Source: an uncultured Calditrichota bacterium | GTDB lineage: Bacteria; Calditrichota; Calditrichia; Calditrichales; CAYPHA01 | Assembly (NCBI GenBank): GCA_964410215.1 | Contig: CAYPHA010000001.1 | Span: 138,924 to 202,923, forward strand | DNA length: 64,000 nt | Reading direction: 5' to 3' | Shown: positions 61,460-64,000 of the stretch, piece after piece | Position numbering within the stretch: the stretch's first letter is position 1 | How the letters are laid out: each line of letters opens with the position of its first letter | Made by a program: the position numbers and the translations under genes | The notes under the pieces: generated by a model | The model's input: the letters and a program-made list of their open reading frames with translations, nothing else | Told to the model about the DNA's origin: nothing | Databases searched by the model: none

Positions 61460-64000
61460 ATGAAAGGTGCTGTACTCTTTTTAACGGTTATTTTAATGGC
61501 TCTGAATCTGAATGCTTCATCCACAGAAGGCAACGATCCCTGGGTGAGCGCGACATTTAACGGATTAAAATTCCGCTGTATCGGTCCGGCGGTGACGTCA
61601 GGCCGGATCGGCGATTTTGCCGTGAATCCGGAAAATCCGGCTGAATACTATGTTGCCGTGGCTTCCGGCAATGTCTGGAAAACCGATAATGGCGGAACGA
61701 CCTTTCAGCCGGTTTTTGACGATGAAGGTTCCTATTCCATTGGGTGCATCACGATGGATCCCAGCAATCACAATGTCATCTGGGTGGGAACCGGAGAAAA
61801 TAACAGTCAGCGCAGCGTTTCCTACGGTGACGGTGTGTATAAATCGGAAGACGGTGGTAAAAGCTGGAAGCACATGGGACTGCGGCAATCCGAGCATATT
61901 GCCAAAATTCTTATTGACCCGCGTGATTCCGATGTGGTTTTTGTCGCCTCGCAGGGACCGTTGTGGGGCCCCGGCGGCGAAAGAGGTCTCTATAAATCGG
62001 TCGACGGCGGCAAATCCTGGGAATTGATCCTTGAGATCAGTGAAAACACCGGGGTGACCGACATTGTCATGGACCCCAGAGATCCGGATGTTATCTATGC
62101 CGCTTCCTACCAGCGCCGTCGCCGGGTATGGACACTGATCAACGGGGGGCCTGAATCGGCCATCTATAAGACCACCGATGGTGGCGAAAACTGGGAAAAA
62201 CTGGAGTCCGGTTTGCCGAATGTGGACATGGGCCGGATTGGACTGGCCGTTTCACCAGCGGAACCGGACATTGTATATGCCATTATCGAAGCGGCTGATG
62301 ATCAGAGTGGATTTTACCGTTCCATTGACCGGGGGGCATCCTGGGAAAAAAGGAGCGATCATATTTCCGGCAGTCCGCAGTATTATCAGGAAATCGTAGC
62401 GGACCCCAAAGATCCGGACCGGGTCTATTCCCTGAATATCTATACCATGGTTACCACGGATGGTGGTAAGACATTTGAGCAATTGGGACGCGATTACCGT
62501 CATGTTGATGATCATGCCCTGTGGATCGATCCGGACAACACCGATTACCTGTTGATTGGTGGTGACGGCGGCGTATATGAATCATATGACGTGGGTAAGA
62601 ACTGGCGGTTTATGGAAAACCTGCCCATCACCCAATTCTACCGGGTTTCCGTGGACAACGATTTCCCTTTTTACAATGTTTATGGTGGCACACAGGATAA
62701 TTTTTCCCTGGGCGGACCATCACGGACGACGAGCAGCGTGGGCATCGTCAATGCCGACTGGTACGTGACAAAGGGAGGCGACGGGTTCGAAACCCAGGTG
62801 GATCCGGAAAATCCGGACATCGTCTATTCACAGTCACAGTATGGCTGGCTGACCCGCTATGACAGGAAGAGCGGGGAAAATACAGGTATAAAACCCATCG
62901 AGGGACCGGATGATGATCCCCTGCGCTGGAACTGGGACTCCCCGTTAATTATCAGTCCCCATTCCAATACCCGCTTGTATTTCGCGTCAAATAAGCTGTT
63001 CCGGAGCGATGACCGCGGCAACAGCTGGACTGCCGTCAGCGGTGATCTGACACGCCGGATCGACCGAAATAAACTGAAGATAATGGACCGGGTCTGGAGT
63101 GTCGATGCCGTTTCCAAGAACAGGTCGACTTCCCTTTATGGTAATATTGTCGCCCTGACGGAATCCCCGCTGAAGGAGGGGCTTATCTATGCCGGTACGG
63201 ATGACGGGTTGATACAGGTAACGGAGGACGGCGGGGAAAACTGGCGGAAAATTGAAAAAGTATCCGGTGTCCCGGAAATGACGTATGTGAGCTTTCTCAT
63301 GGCTTCCTCGCATGATGCACATACGGTTTACGCGGCGTTCGATAACCATAAAAATGCGGATTTCAAGCCCTATATCGCTAAAAGTACGGATCGCGGTAAT
63401 AGCTGGAAAGGTATTGCGGAATCATTACCGGATACGGGCACGGTATACGCCATCGTTGAGGACCATGAAAAGCCGGATCTTCTTTTCGCCGGGACGGAGT
63501 TTGGCGTTTTTTTCACGATTGATGGTGGGGAAAAATGGATTCAGTTAAAATCGGGGGTTCCAACCATTGCCGTCAAAGATATTGCCATTCAGGAACGGGA
63601 AAACGACCTGGTGCTGGGCACGTTCGGCAGAAGTTTTTATATTCTGGATGACTATTCCCCGCTTCGGCATCTTTCGGCGGAATCCCTGGAACAGGAGAGC
63701 ATGTTATTCCCTGTAAAAGACGCCTGGATGTATATTCCGGGTCGAACAGGTACCAATCATCAGGGCGCTTCGTTCTATGCTGCGGAAAATCCCCAGCCCA
63801 GTGCTGTTTTTACCTATTATCTCAAAGATAAAATAAAAACCCGCAGGGAGATCCGTAAAGAAAAAGAGAAGGAACTCATTGAAAAGAACAAACCGGTACC
63901 CTATCCCTCCTTTGATGAACTGCGCCTGGAAGACCAGGAAGAAAAGCCCTATCTCATCTTCACCGTATTTGATGAAACAGGGAATGCTGTGCGTCGACTG
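61460..64000 (+). CDS. secreted BNR/Asp-box repeat (sortilin-Vps10-like) protein, C-terminus outside the window
   Basis: Not in the ORF track because it runs off the edge. SD ggag, ATG at 61460, signal peptide. Eleven Asp-boxes were read directly: KTDNGGTTF, KSEDGGKSW, KSVDGGKSW, KTTDGGENW, RSIDRGASW, TTDGGKTF, SYDVGKNW, RSDDRGNSW, TEDGGENW, KSTDRGNSW and TIDGGEKW. The frame is open for 847 codons to nt 64000. Confidence 0.88.
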   Translation, partial: MKGAVLFLTVILMALNLNASSTEGNDPWVSATFNGLKFRCIGPAVTSGRIGDFAVNPENPAEYYVAVASGNVWKTDNGGTTFQPVFDDEGSYSIGCITMDPSNHNVIWVGTGENNSQRSVSYGDGVYKSEDGGKSWKHMGLRQSEHIAKILIDPRDSDVVFVASQGPLWGPGGERGLYKSVDGGKSWELILEISENTGVTDIVMDPRDPDVIYAASYQRRRRVWTLINGGPESAIYKTTDGGENWEKLESGLPNVDMGRIGLAVSPAEPDIVYAIIEAADDQSGFYRSIDRGASWEKRSDHISGSPQYYQEIVADPKDPDRVYSLNIYTMVTTDGGKTFEQLGRDYRHVDDHALWIDPDNTDYLLIGGDGGVYESYDVGKNWRFMENLPITQFYRVSVDNDFPFYNVYGGTQDNFSLGGPSRTTSSVGIVNADWYVTKGGDGFETQVDPENPDIVYSQSQYGWLTRYDRKSGENTGIKPIEGPDDDPLRWNWDSPLIISPHSNTRLYFASNKLFRSDDRGNSWTAVSGDLTRRIDRNKLKIMDRVWSVDAVSKNRSTSLYGNIVALTESPLKEGLIYAGTDDGLIQVTEDGGENWRKIEKVSGVPEMTYVSFLMASSHDAHTVYAAFDNHKNADFKPYIAKSTDRGNSWKGIAESLPDTGTVYAIVEDHEKPDLLFAGTEFGVFFTIDGGEKWIQLKSGVPTIAVKDIAIQERENDLVLGTFGRSFYILDDYSPLRHLSAESLEQESMLFPVKDAWMYIPGRTGTNHQGASFYAAENPQPSAVFTYYLKDKIKTRREIRKEKEKELIEKNKPVPYPSFDELRLEDQEEKPYLIFTVFDETGNAVRRL

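Noticed and set aside
1-64000. Scan for rRNA/tRNA genes, CRISPR arrays, prophage, integrases, transposases, toxin-antitoxin pairs or known defence-system genes
   Set aside because: None were recognised by eye in any intergenic region or ORF translation. A tRNAscan/Infernal/DefenseFinder run would be needed to be definitive.

Overview
This is a 64-kb, gene-dense chromosomal window with about 50 intact protein genes on both strands. By eye I found no rRNA, tRNA, CRISPR array, transposase, integrase or phage genes. GC content was not computed; intergenic regions are visibly AT-rich. Several features suggest an uncultured FCB-group-like bacterium: a T9SS-type C-terminal sorting tail (NYPNPFNP... 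at 20.3-20.6 kb, plus a relic at 27.8 kb), many lipobox lipoproteins, and a FadL porin. That taxonomic guess is inference only.

Recognisable content:
- Signalling: a PAS histidine kinase, a receiver-adenylate cyclase and a hybrid kinase.
- Central and cofactor metabolism: carA/carB, mgsA and a pabB-pabC fusion.
- Transport and regulation: an APC permease with EIIA-like and TrkA-C tails, a hemolysin-III protein, and TetR, Fur, XRE and MerR-B12 regulators.
- Secreted hydrolases: M28, S9, C26, an amidase, several alpha/beta hydrolases and a metallophosphoesterase.
- The 5-prime part of a BNR/sortilin-like protein that runs off the 3-prime edge and is absent from the ORF track.

Most unusual observations:
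1. A 1,868-aa ORF (9217-14823, minus strand) fuses a degenerate PLP-fold module, an apparently intact class I/II aminotransferase module, and a full-length collinear PEP-carboxylase-like module whose catalytic loops are rewritten. It lies between an SPFH/flotillin-like gene and carAB in what looks like one operon.
2. Adjacent lipoprotein versions of a C26 gamma-glutamyl hydrolase and a 495-aa glutamate-racemase homolog. Both families are normally cytoplasmic.
3. A CarH/LitR-type B12 photoreceptor with all signature motifs, expressed from an apparently leaderless promoter.
4. At least five internally deleted or truncated gene relics.
5. A carnitine/choline-acyltransferase-like protein with Thr at the catalytic His position.
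6. Two copies of a small element bounded by terminal inverted repeats.

All homology calls come from reading motifs by eye. No searches were run.
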